DNA of 63,933 nt, counting the filler, from Chrysochromulina tobinii (taxonomy: Eukaryota), in the NCBI GenBank assembly GCA_001275005.1. It is 6 parts of 6 records of this genome, joined end to end, with 100 filler letters (N's around TTAATTAATTAA, not from the genome) between each part and the next. Parts side by side here need not be neighbours in the genome. Positions count along the whole stretch, not along the records: positions 44,133 to 55,298 come from JWZX01001005.1; positions 55,399 to 59,009 come from JWZX01001006.1; positions 59,110 to 63,933 come from JWZX01001019.1; 3 more parts are not named here. One strand, written 5' to 3'. The notes under the pieces are model-generated. The model did no database searches and was not told where the DNA came from. It saw only the letters and a list, made by a program, of their open reading frames with translations. Positions 47,686 through 59,707 of the stretch are shown piece after piece (position 1 is the first letter of the stretch; each line of letters opens with the position of its first letter). Both the position numbers and the translations under genes were made by a program.

Positions 47686-50600
47686 CTACCCCCTTACCGT
47701 GGGGCTGCGCGCGCGTGCGCGCGCCTTGGCAGCACTGGCGGCGGCGGCGGTGGAGCGCTGCGCGGGCACCATCATCATGGCGCCGCGGCCTGGCGAAGTG
47801 GCTCGGGGGCGCGCGAAGGGCGGCGGCGGCAGGAAGCATTGGATGCACCGTTTGAGGAATGCTTGTAGCTCTCTCTCTGCGTCCGCGCTGGGGCGGGTGG
47901 CGGTGCGCGAGCGCGAGGTGCCGAACGAACCCGAGCGCGAGCCGGCTGACCTGGTGGGAGATCGCGAGCCGCCCAGGGAGCCGTTGAGGGAGCCGTTGAA
48001 GGGGCCACTGAGGGAGCCGTTGAGGGAGCCGTTGAGGGAGCCGTTGAGGGAGCCTGCCGACAGCGGGCCAGGCTCAACACGGCGCGTCGTGGGCGAGCGC
48101 GATCGCTCGCGAGCCCCTCGATCTCGATCTCGATCTCGATCTCGATCTCGATCTCGAGTCTCGAACGCCGTCTCGAGCGGCCTGCGCGCCGTCTCGAGCG
48201 GCATGAGCGGGGACCTCTGCCGCTGCGCCACCTCGGCCAGCCGCTGCTCGGCCTCCGCGTCGGACCCCTCACGTGTGGCGAGCAGGTGCTCCGCGAGCAT
48301 CGCAAAGGCCTCGTCGATGCCGCTGCCCTCGAGCGCGGACGCGGCGGCGAAGAGCATCTTGTGGCTCGAGGCGAGACGCGACGCCTCGCGCGCATCGACT
48401 CGCTCGGGCGTCGCTCTCGACGGGGCAGGCGCACCCCTCGCGCCGCGCGCCGAGCGGTGCGCGGCCGCGGCCGCGTCGTCGGAAGCGGGCTTCGAGTCGT
48501 ACTTGTCGTACTTGGTACCGAGCAGCAAGCGGCTCGCATTGTGCGGCGCCAGAGCCTCGGCGCGCTCGATCCATTTGGGCACGGAGAGGAAAGAGGAGCG
48601 GTTCTGTGCGTCGTACATGACGACGACGCCGTGCACGCCGACGCACATTGAGTCGAGCGACGAGGGTCCGCCCAACTCGGCGCCCGATCCGCCCAACTCG
48701 GCGCCCGAGGCATCCCAGAGCTGCAGGCGTACCACCGTGTGCTTCGCGCGCACAAGGAGGGAGCGCATGCGCATCTCGACGCCGATGGTCGGCCCCTCGT
48801 CCTGCCACTCGTCCTCGGCGAAGCGCTTGAGGGCACATGACTTGCCGCAGCCCGCGTCGCCTAGCAGAACCACCATGAACAGATGATCATACGCGGTGGG
48901 CTGCGAGGGGGGCGAGGGCATTGGCGGCAGGAAGGAGGGGTGCGGGCCGTATGGGTCACTAGCGGCGGCGCCGGTGGCGGCGACGAGGCGCGGCGGCTGC
49001 TCGGGCAGCTTGATGAGCCTTGACATCACGCCAGTGGGGTTCACTTCGGGCGGCCGGAGCCGCGTGGCGCACTCGAGCATACCGGCCGTGCTCAGCCGCG
49101 GCAGATAGTCGAGGTTGAGAGAGCGCAGGCCTGGTGGCAGGCTGCGGGCCAGCATGTGTGCGCCCGCATCGGTCAGCCCCGTGGCGGACACATCGAGCGC
49201 CTCCAAGCCGAATGGCAGTGCGGGCAGTAACACTCTGAAGCCCTCATCCGTGATGGGATTGCCTGCCAATTGGAGTTGACGAAGCCGTGGGCAGAGGGGC
49301 AAGATCTCCGCGAGCAGAGCAGCCTCGTGGTCGCCCCAGCCGAGCAGTGGCGACCAGAGGACCTCGACTGAGCCGACGAGCACTTCGAAGGCACGCACGT
49401 ACCCGTCGAGCGCCGCCTTGCGCTCCGCGCCGTCTGTGAACAGCGCACGCGCCGTCTCGAGCTCGCGTTCGAGGCGCAGCGGGAGCATTGGTGGGCGCAG
49501 GCGCAGCTGGAACGCATGCGCGGGCGGCGAGCTGAGCGAGCACACCCCGACAACCTCCCGCTCAAAGTCGCGCAGCGTGCGCAGCTCGAGACTCCATGGC
49601 AGCCGCCCAAGGTCGAGCACCATGCTGGGCGGCGTGTACAGGCTTGCGAGGGCGAGCTGCACTCGGCACGCGCCAGAGCGTAGGTACGTGGCCGTATCGT
49701 GCTCATAGACGCCCTCGTGATGACCCTCGTGCGTGCCGGGCAGGGCGCCGTGCTGGGCGCCCGGGCCGCGGGGGGAGAGGCACGTCTGCAACCAAACGGT
49801 CGTCTGCGCGTGCGCAAAGAGCGCCGGGCAAGCGGCGAGGCCCTGGGCGTGCAGCTTGGCCACGGCGCGGCTGGGCATCACTCCTGGCGCGTCGTGGTAG
49901 ATGCACACATAGTCCCAGAAGACGGCCACCGGTAGAGGCTCGATGCCGGTCGAGGCGCCGTGTTGGGCGTCGAGCATGGCCTTCAGTAGCGGGGCGACCG
50001 TAGCGAGATGGAGAGCGCCGGGATGGCCTTCCTCGAGCCACGGGCAACTAAGGACGATGATGCGGCAGTGGTCGGGCGGCCGATCGATGAATGCATGCTC
50101 GGGCGCCTGCTGGCGTGATGGTAACGGCTGCCCATTCTGCCACAGCTCGATGAGGAACTGCGCACTCACGAGGCGTACCGGCGCCTCACGCCAGCCGCCC
50201 GAGGAAGCCACCAACGAGCCCGGCCCGGCGCCAATCACCGCCGAGAGCGCCGCGAGCTCGGTGTACGTGCGTGCGGCGGAGGAGGCCCAGTCCTCAGCGC
50301 CGGTGATGCCCGGAGAGAGGATCGTCGACGGGCGCAGCTTGCGTCGGCCGTCGCCGAGCATCACGAGTTTGCGTAGCCGCATCTCATTGCGGCTGTCGCG
50401 CCCGCTCATGGCTGCCTCGCTGGCCGCGCCCAGCGTTCCCGCCGAGCCGCCGCTCAGGTCGATCCCGAGCTCATCCCGCCATGGGCGCGGCACGTCGGCG
50501 TTGAGGTACGCCGCGTGCGGCTGCAGCGGCAGCGCGTGCGGCGGCCCGAGATCGCGCTCGAGATCGCGGCGCAGCGGCGAGCGAAGGGGCGAGCCTAACG

Positions 50601-52548
50601 GCGCCCGATACGGCGCCCGATCCGCCTCCCCCTGCTTGGCCAGCAATCCCCCTCCGCGCGGGAGCATCCTCGTACCTGATTACGGAGGCAATCAGTTGTC
50701 CGTCAGTTGTCCATCAGTTGTCCATCAGTTGTCCATCAGTTGTCCATCAGTTGTCCATCAGTTGTCCATCAGTTGTCCATCAGTTGTCCATCAGTTGTCC
50801 ATCAGTTGTCCATCAGTTGTCCATCAGTTGTCCATCAGTTGTCCATCAGTTGTCCATCAGTTGTCCATCAGTTGTCCATCAGTTGTCCATCAGTTGTCCA
50901 TCAGTTGTCAATCTCACTCCCGCGAGAGCATCTTCGTACCGGGGGCCTTCTCGTCGCCGTCACCCGTAGGCCTGAGGCCGAGGCCGAGCTTGAGGGCGCC
51001 GTTCTGGGCGCTGCCGCCCGGGCTGAGGGCGCCGTTCTGGGCGCCGTCTGAGCCGAAGCTGACGCGCGGCGCCGTCCCGGCGCGGCGGCTGCCAACGCTG
51101 CTGTGGGCGCCGCCGCTGCCGCCGCTCATGTTGGTGAACGGTCGTGAACGGCCGCCGGTCGCAAGCACCTCCTCATCAGCGCTCGGCGGCACCGACGAGG
51201 AGACAGTGCCATCGGACGCGAAGCGCACGCTGCCAGCGCTTCCGGAGCTGTGAGTGTGAACGGAGCTGCTCATCGCGGCGGGCGCGGCAGGGATTGCATG
51301 CGTGGTGGTCGACACACCACGTGCCGACACTGGCGGTGTGAAGGGCAGGCTCAATGGCGGTGGCGGTGCGAAACCCAACGGCAGCGTCGTGGCGAGCGCC
51401 GCGCGCACTCGCCCCTGCCTCGCCGCCTCCGCCGACGCCTCCGTCGACGAAACCGTCGACGAAACCGTTGACGAAACCGTCGACGACGCGGCGTGTTGGG
51501 CGCCGTTGGCTGTTTCACGTCGCACGCCCTCGGCGCTGAAGCGCACGAGACCAGCCGTCAATTCCAAGGTACGCGAGGGCGGCGGTGGCGGCGGATGGCC
51601 GGCTGCGCCAAGCCGAGGCGGCGTGCCGAGGACCTCGTACTCCGACGCGGGAGGGTGTGCACGTGAGTGTGAACGCGAGCGCGTGGCGGCTGGCGAGGAG
51701 GGGGCTGGGATCAGCAGCGACGAGGCGCCGTCGCCCAGATCGCTAGCCAGATCGAGATCGCTAGCCAGATCGCTCATTGGGCGCAGCCCTCCCGCGTTAC
51801 TGGCGGCCGCGGGCCAGTGGCGCACGGGCCCCGCCAGAGGTTCACGTGTCGGAGAGAGGCTATGTCCCTGGTCCGTGTCCACTGGCTGCCAGCGGCGCAC
51901 GGGTGAGGGTGCTCGCTTGGTCGCCGCGCCGGCGAGCACCGCCTGCTTGTTCGCATGCTCACCGAAGAGGCGCTCGAGCTTAGCGGCGGAGCTGCGCGTG
52001 TCTGTGAACTGCTGCGCGAGCACGACGACCGCCTCAGGCACATTCGACGCACCGTCGGGCGGCACGACGGCGTCGGGCGGAGCTGGCCAATCCCACCGCC
52101 TCTCGTTCAGCTCCGTGTTGTAATAGTAGGTGCGGCCCGCCTCCGTCTGGGCCTCCTTCCACCCGTTGGGCAGCGGCCTCCACTCCGGAGCTGGATTGGT
52201 AGCGGCAGCATCGGCGGTGGAGGCTGAAGGACGCGGCCGCTCTGGGCTCGCGTTTGCGTGCTTCCGTACTCTCTGGGCAGCAGCAACTTCGTAGACCCAC
52301 TTTCCATTTCGTAATATGGGCGCCTTTTTCGGCTTGCCTTCCTCGTCGACAAGGTTACCCTCCTTGTCGCGCAACTCCCCCTTTGCAATCAGGTCGGCCA
52401 CAGACTCCTCAGTCTTGGTCATGCCGCCGAGGTCGCGGCCACGGATGACCAGGCCCGAAGTGGCCAGTGGCGCGATCGCAGCGCACGCGTCGGCCACCGC
52501 GGCTATCGCCTTTTTGGTGGAAGGTTGTTGGTAGACCTGTCGCACCAT
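47686..52548 (-). CDS. multidomain protein: WW, low complexity, HET/TIR-like, RNI-like LRR, Rab-like GTPase; intron 50676-50939
   Basis: LPNGWKEAQTEAGRTYYYN..WDWP; IIVLSCPWL..HP..FWDY; LQLAGNPITDEG; YDHLFMVVLLGDAGCGKS, PTIGVE, LQLWD; splice CCC G|GT ACG joins both ORFs in frame. Confidence 0.78.
50691..50909. repeat. 11-nt tandem repeat (CATCAGTTGTC)n, about 20 copies, intronic
   Basis: direct reading. Confidence 0.95.
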
Positions 52549-52733
52549 TTGGACCGCGGACACGCTGAAATTTGGACGTCCGCGCGCGCACCACCTGTCG
52601 CGCGACGGAGGCTGTCGGCGCCTTTGGCGTCCTCGTGCGGAAAATTTGGAAATCGACGGCAGGTAACGCGCTGATGCGATGCAACCGTTGCGGTCCGCGA
52701 GTGGACCGTCCTTCGGAATGCTCGACCACGGAG

Positions 52734-54128
52734 ATGAAGAGAAGTGACACGAAAAAAAGCGCCTTGGTGAGCACGATGGAGGTTGGACTCTTCACGATCG
52801 CCGGAAGCCAACCGAGGAGGCAAAGATCTCCGGGGCGCCAGAACGATGCGAGTGAGGTCGAGTTCTTGCGGCGCGAGGTGTTTGACCTGGAGCGCGTCAT
52901 CAAGACGCTGCACGCCTCGCGCACGAGCGACAGCCAGGACCGAGCGCAGCTTGAACGGCGCACCCATGCGGCGCTCGAGGAGAGCGCGAAGAAGCACGCG
53001 GCAGCGCTGCGCGAGCTCGACGGCGCACGGGCGGAGCTGTTCAGGATGCGCGAGGAGCACTCGTACGCCATCAGCTCGGCCTCTGCAGGCGAGGCGGAGA
53101 CCCGCGTGCTCGCATGCGAGCTTCGCTTGCTCGCGCTCGAGCTGCTCGACGCCGAAGCGGAGCGTGAGGCAGCGCGCGAGGCTGAGGCGTCGGCGCTGAG
53201 CATCGCGCGCACCTACCGGCGTTTCGCCGCCCAGGGCGCGAGCCGCCTCGACGAGATGCGTGTGGGGATCGAGGAGGTCCAAGTGCGCTTGCAACGGCGA
53301 GTCGAGGAGCTGCAGATGGCGAGCCGCGAGGTGCTCCGGCTGCGCGCGCTGCGCGCCGTGCACGGCTGGAGCGTCGCGCGCGGGCTCAATCGCGCCTTCA
53401 TGTCATGGCGCTTCATCGTCTTCAGCGCCGAGCAGCGCGAGGCGGTCGCTCTCCGACTCGAGGCAGCGTACCGGCAGAGAGACATTGAAGCGGCCGCGAC
53501 GCGGGTGCAGGCGGCGAGCGAGCGGCGGCAGGCGCGCGAGCTGACGTGCGCGGCCAAGACGCGACTCGAAAGCGAGCAGCGCGAGGCCGCCCTCATCAAG
53601 GAGCGCGCCGTCGCATCCGCCGCGGCGGACGCCGAGAGGCGTGCTCTCGCGGAGAAGCGAGCGGCGACCTTGGCGTCGCAACTAGAGGACTCCCGTCAGA
53701 CGGTGGCGCGGGTGAAGCAGGCGGGCGCGGCGGACCTGGCGGCGTGCCGTGAGGAGCTGTCTGCCGCGCGGCACGACACGGCGCGCGCGCGGGAGGCCGA
53801 GCGCGCGGCGGCGGCGCAGGCGGCGCAGGCACAAGCGCAGCTGGAGTCGTTTCGGATGCAGCTGGCACAGGCGCGTTCTGAGGCCAAGGAGGCCACGGAG
53901 GCGAGGCTCGAGGAGAGCAAGACGCGCGCGTTCCTCGAGCGCGTGCTGCGCGAGGAGCGTGCCCACGCCTCGCACCGTGCGACCGAGGCGACGTTGCTCG
54001 TCGAGGCCCTCGAGGAGCTCGGCGTCACTCATGAGGATCTCGATGAGATCTCGGCGCGCCTTGGCGGGGCGATCTTCGAGCTCAACTCGTCGCTGCTGGG
54101 TCGGGCGCTGCGGGGCGGCAGAGAGTGA
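52734..54128 (+). CDS. long coiled-coil hypothetical protein
   Basis: Ala/Glu/Arg-rich heptad ORF of about 460 aa. Confidence 0.7.
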   Translation: MKRSDTKKSALVSTMEVGLFTIAGSQPRRQRSPGRQNDASEVEFLRREVFDLERVIKTLHASRTSDSQDRAQLERRTHAALEESAKKHAAALRELDGARAELFRMREEHSYAISSASAGEAETRVLACELRLLALELLDAEAEREAAREAEASALSIARTYRRFAAQGASRLDEMRVGIEEVQVRLQRRVEELQMASREVLRLRALRAVHGWSVARGLNRAFMSWRFIVFSAEQREAVALRLEAAYRQRDIEAAATRVQAASERRQARELTCAAKTRLESEQREAALIKERAVASAAADAERRALAEKRAATLASQLEDSRQTVARVKQAGAADLAACREELSAARHDTARAREAERAAAAQAAQAQAQLESFRMQLAQARSEAKEATEARLEESKTRAFLERVLREERAHASHRATEATLLVEALEELGVTHEDLDEISARLGGAIFELNSSLLGRALRGGRE

Positions 54129-55298
54129 GCAACTTGGCTCTCAAGGGTCTGCTGGAGCGTATGAGCGCACAGGAGGCTCCCATTGCTTGCAAGTTGCATC
54201 GAACCGTTTCCGCTTGGTCGGATGGTCGCGGCCGGAAGCGGGGTGCGTCCGACACGTCGACGTTTTAAGCCAGTGGCCCCGGAGTCCTGAGACGGCCGCG
54301 ATTCCCCATAATTTCGAAGACGTTTTTCTTTGAACACATTCTTACTAACTTCGCTGTATATCTAGTATGTTACGGTTACGTAGGAGCGGTTCTGAGGTCA
54401 GGTCGGACCGCTGAGGACATGACGCTTTTTTTTGCTCAGGAGGTGTCCAGAGGGTGTTTTGAGACACCCTGGCGTTAGTACGGGGCCCCCGGAGGCGCGG
54501 GGGGGGCGGGGTCACAACGTGTTCAAAACGACGCGATCGTGGAACGAAGGTGATTTCATGTCGGCGCATCGTGGAACGAAGGTGATGCCCGAGCTCGTCA
54601 CCCCTGAGCTCACGCTCGTTCGCGTTGCTGATAAGGGCGCTGGACAAGTACGCCTCGGCTCGCACAGCTGCCGAGGCTCGCGTCAACTACCAACTTAAGG
54701 GGAATCTGTCGCAGCTGACATGTGTTTTGTCCAGGTTGGAAGTGATCGCTGTCGGCAGCACGGGTGTCGCGGGACCAATGCTCACCAGCAGCGAATGCGG
54801 CAGAAGACGAGATGAATGGCGACGATGAGGCGTGGAGCGCCGACGCTGCGATAGCGCGCATTGACGCGGGCGTCAAGCGCAGCTGGTTGGCGACGTGTGA
54901 GGAGGGCAGCGACGATGGCGACAGTGAGGGTGAGAGCTCGTGAGGGCGATCGATGAGGATCATAGAGCGATGGCGAGGACGCTGACGAGGCAGAGAAGGA
55001 GGCTGATGGTTGCCGCAGCCGATCGAAGCGCAGGCGGTTGGTGGCGAGATTGCTCAGCGCACAGTCACTCAGTCTCGCTATGAGTCGAGAAAATTTCATC
55101 CGTCGGTCTCACACAAATCTTACTCTCTTATCATGTGTCTTATGATATTCAGAACTAACATACATGATCTTCTCTGATTTGATCATAATGCCCACGAGAA
55201 GTTTCTTTAGGTCACAACATTCGAGAAATTGTGACGCATGATCTTGAGGTGCGATGAGTCCCCAAGGATGCGATCGTGCATGCCATCACGGTCAAACT

Positions 55299-55398
55299 NN
55301 NNNNNNNNNNNNNNNNNNNNNNNNNNNNNNNNNNNNNNNNNNTTAATTAATTAANNNNNNNNNNNNNNNNNNNNNNNNNNNNNNNNNNNNNNNNNNNN
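55299..55398. other. artificial contig linker
   Basis: 100 nt N spacer with TTAATTAATTAA. Confidence 0.95.
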
Positions 55399-58300
55399 GG
55401 CGGGCTCGGCGGAGGTGGTGAGGGCGGTGGCGAGGGCGGTGGCGAGGGCGGTGGCGGCGAGGGGGGCGGTGGTGACGGCGGCGGTGACTGGGGTGGGGAC
55501 GGTGGTGGAGGCGATGGTGGCGGCGGCGAGGGAGCTGGCGATGGAAGAGGTGGAGAGGGCGGCGGAGGCGACGGTGGCGGGCTTGGAGGTGGCGGCGATG
55601 GGGGTGGGGATGGCGGCGGCGGTCTCGGCGGTGGCGACGGTGGCCGCGGCGGCGGCGAGGGCGGTGGCGATGGTGGTTTTCGTGGTGGTGGTGGGCTTGG
55701 CGGCGGAGGCGAGGGCGGCGGTGAGGGCGGCGGAGGTTTCGGCGATGGGCTTGGAGGAGGTGGTGAAGGTGTAGGCGACGGTGGCGGCAGCGAGGGCGGT
55801 GGTGAGGGTGGAGAAGGGGACGATGGCGGTGGCGGCGTTGGGAGTGGGGATGGAAGCGGCGGTCTCGGCGGTGGCGACGGCGGCGGCGGATAGGGCGGCG
55901 GCGGGGAGGGGCAGGGCGGCGGCAAGGGCAAGGTCAGCGATGGTGAGGTCGAGTGTGGTGGCGGAGAGGGCAGCGAAGATCCTTCGCCAAAAGGGTCCAA
56001 GACAAAATCCCCAAAAGAAAAAAAGAATTCAGTGAAGGCGAGAGAAAGCAGCGAAGGGTACGAAAGAGCGGCCCTTACCGTCAGATTTTGTAACAAGTCG
56101 ATATCAGTAGGGGTGAACGTGGATGCTAGTGCCAGCGCCGAAGAGGAAGAAACGATCCAAAAATTCAAATCAACGGACGACGAGCCGTACGCAATCGTGC
56201 CCTGTGTGAGTGACACCGCGTATGGATCGTCCCCATACTCCGCTTGTACGTGCACGCCGAGCGTCTCCATCCAGTCGATGGCACTCGGGACGACTGTGCC
56301 GTGCACCGCCATCGACGATCCGCTCACATCCACGCGGCCTGTCGCATCGACCGACGACGAGCCGTACGCAATTGTGCCCTGTGTGAGTGACACCGCGTAT
56401 GGATCGTCCCCATACTCCGCTTGTACGTGCACGCCGAGCGTCTCCATCCAGTCGATGGCACTCGGGACGACTGTGCCGTGCACCGCCATCGACGAGCCGC
56501 TCACATCCACGCGGCCTGTCGCATTCACCGACGACGAGCCGTACGCAATCGTGCCCTGTGTGAGTGACACCGCGAATGGATCGTCCCCATACTCCGCTTG
56601 TACGTGCACGCCGAGCGTCTCCATCCAGTCGATGGCACTCGGGACGACTGTGCCGTGCACCGCCATCGACGAGCCGCTCACATCCACACTGCCCGTAGCA
56701 TTCACTGATGACGATCCGTACGCTATCTTTCCTTGTTTGAGGGAGAAGAGCCCACCTTGGTTCTGCTTCCGGCACACGCCGCCTATGCTGTTCATGAAGG
56801 CTCCGCATGTATCATCTGCCCATTCGCTGTTGTTAAGTCCACTCCAGAGAAGGGCACAATCCTCGTTTCCGCCGCTGTTATTGGGTTCGCCAGGGTACCA
56901 GTTGGAGAAGTCAAACGGAGTACCGTCGATCCACACCCAGGTGCCCTCGCTGGCCGCGTCGGTCGCACCGAGCCATAGGGCGGTGGATCGAGGGACGACG
57001 GCCCACACAGCGGCGTTCTCCTCGGCACTGTGTATGCTTGCAAGATCACCGCCGTGTGACTGGCACGCAGCGCGCCCAGCCGCCCACGAGCCGACGTTAG
57101 GGACGTAAAAGAACAAGGGGAGAGGCTCACCGTACTCCGCTTGTACGTGCACACCGAGCGTCTCCATCCAGTCGATGGCAGTCGGGATCACTGTGCCGTG
57201 CAGCGCCATCGACGAGCCACTTGTATTCAAGCTGCCCGTCGCATTGACCAAGGACGAGCCGTATGTGAAGACGCCTTCTTGGAGTTGAATATGAAACGGC
57301 TCTGCGTATTGTCCTGAAGCACGCAGGCTCATGGGCGTGAGCCAATGGTGATGCATGCTTGATACGTTCACCACTGCGACTGTAGTAGATTCTGTGCTGT
57401 CAAGATAGCCGGTCACATTAGCGACTCTCGAACTCCCATCGTCGACATTCACGAGAACCTCGAGCCTCAGCGGAAAGGGGTCCCCATAGCTTGCGGTGCC
57501 GTTGATGGTGACGACAGGGATGAAACGGTTGGTTCCCCATCGATACGCAAATGTAATAGGTGGAAACGCTATGGAAGAGAGGTCTTCGACACTAGTCAGC
57601 CGCCGGCCCGATCCATCAGATGGATCTGAATATCCTCGGCCAACGAAGAAGTCCATGTCCACATTGCCACTTTCTTCCATCAGATCGACGTGGTCGAAAG
57701 AGGGATTCACACTCAGCAACTCGGGCTGCTCAACCTCTGCGGCCCCTCTTACCTGAACTCGAAGCCCAAGGCTGAGCACGTCACGGTCGATGACAGCGGA
57801 CTGAAAAGAGGGGATGACGTCCCTTACAAGCTGGCGAATCGAAGGATGTACCGTGAATCTCGCCCGCCCTCGTAGAATCGGGGTAGCGAAGGGCTGCGAT
57901 GAAATGTGGATCTCGGTAAGGGGAGCTGCCGCCAACGGAAAAGAAGGACCGAAGGGCAGACAAGTACCATAGTACACTTCTCGGCCATCGAATCTGAGCT
58001 TGGACTCTTCATGTGCGCATTCATATGCACCCTCGTTCTGAGAGTCCACAGAGGAGATGTTGTCGAGGTTCAGACGCCGAAAGTTAGCAAGCCCAGGGAT
58101 TCGGATGCCGAAGACGTCTGCTACCCAGACCGGCACTGCGCCCTTAAGCGCCACGTGTTCTTCAAAGACCCATGTGTCGAAGATGCCAATTGCGAGAAGA
58201 TGACCTTCCTCTTCATAATCCTGATCGCTCACCGTCGCATCATAGCCTTTGCGATTCACGTTTTTGATCGTGACTGTCACGGGGAAAGCAAAAGAAAGTC

Positions 58301-59009
58301 CGAGGACAGACACCCAGAGGCGCAGCCCACATTCAATTGTGTAGCCAGCCTGCCAGTCAGCGACCGCGACGCTTACGAGGTTGGATGATGCAACCCATAC
58401 CATCATCGCGACATTCAAGGTTCCATCGGTGCTGGAGATCGGTCCGTCAAGTGCACTCTGCACGATGTGGTGCCCATCGCCACTTGTCAACTTGCACGTC
58501 GCCGCATGAAGCCCTAAAGCATGGGCGCGCCCACGGTATTCGAGCAGCCCAGAGGCATGCACGCGAACGGAATCCGGAAGCTCATCGTTGAGGTGAGTAG
58601 CAACTCGAGTCAGTGCGATCCTCGGGTGGGCATTGAGGACGTCAAGCACCAAAAGGACGATTACGGTTGCCAGTGCCGCGGCCAACGTCGCACCGACGAT
58701 GGGCCAAAATCGCTTCCGGTGCGTCGCCTGCACCTTCGAGAGATGAGGCTCGATCTCGACCGCAACATCGAGCCGCGCGACGCCATCGCTGCCGGCGGAG
58801 CGGCGGTGCTGAAATGCTCGAGCACGCTTGGCAGTGGGAGCGGCGGGTCCTGCAGCTTGCTTGGGGGTGGATGCACCCAGCGCGGCATTTGGAGCGACAG
58901 CAGCGGGCTCGGGCTCTGGGCAGGGTGGCTTCCGGGGCGGGCGATCAGGAACGGGAAGGCCACAGCGCGGAGGGTCGTCCACCAGGATCGCATTGATCCG
59001 CTCTTCCAT
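55399..59009 (-). CDS. membrane-anchored C-type lectin protein with 60-aa tandem repeats and Ser-Pro stalk (partial)
   Basis: TM segment FWPIVGATLAAALATVIVLLVL; CTLD (ACQSHGGDLASIHS, LWLGATD, WYPGEPNN, EDC, WADDTC); 180-nt repeats; SPPP tail. Confidence 0.85.
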
Positions 59010-59109
59010 NNNNNNNNNNNNNNNNNNNNNNNNNNNNNNNNNNNNNNNNNNNNTTAATTAATTAANNNNNNNNNNNNNNNNNNNNNNNNNNNNNNNNNNN
59101 NNNNNNNNN
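59010..59109. other. artificial contig linker
   Basis: 100 nt N spacer with TTAATTAATTAA. Confidence 0.95.
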
Positions 59110-59276
59110 AGGCGGCTCCCACAGAGGCAGTTCCCACAGAGGCGGTTCCCACAGAGGCGGTTCCCACAGAGGCAGTTCCCACAGAGGCGGTTCCCGACAG
59201 AGGCGGTTCCCGACAGAGGCGGTTCCCACAGAGGCGGTTCCCACAGAGGCGGTTCCCACAGAGGCGGTTCCCACAG
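59110..59276. repeat. 15-nt minisatellite (GAGGCRGTTCCCACA)n
   Basis: about 11 copies with occasional 16-nt variants. Confidence 0.95.
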
Positions 59277-59707
59277 TTGAAGACGGAGGCATCGACCGGC
59301 AGAGCGCCGAGATGATCGTCGAGGCGTCGCTCCTCCTGGTGTGTGCTGGGACGTCAGGTGTCGGCCGGCACGCGCGTGTGCGAACATGAAAATAATGCGA
59401 CGTGAACGCGAGAAATGCCCAACACGACGCTATGAACTCTGCGCGGGAGTGAACGGGAGTGAGAGCTCCCGAGAAATGCCCGACACGACGCGGTTTGCGG
59501 CTTTTGCGAGCGTCCGGGGCGTGTCATCCGTGACTCACAGTCAGAAGGGACCTTTCAAAATGGAAAGTGACGGACCTTTCCACCGCGAAGTTGTCGCCGG
59601 CCGATGGCGTTCACATGCGTTCACTACCGGTAATTCCCTATTAGCTGGCCCCTTTTTGCGTCATCGTGGGCTCTTCCGTTGCTATTAACTTGTAGGGGTG
59701 CTTGCTG

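Noticed and set aside
54340..55298. Short ORFs and small direct repeats as a possible transposon relic
   Set aside because: No transposase or RT motif, TIR or TSD could be recognised.
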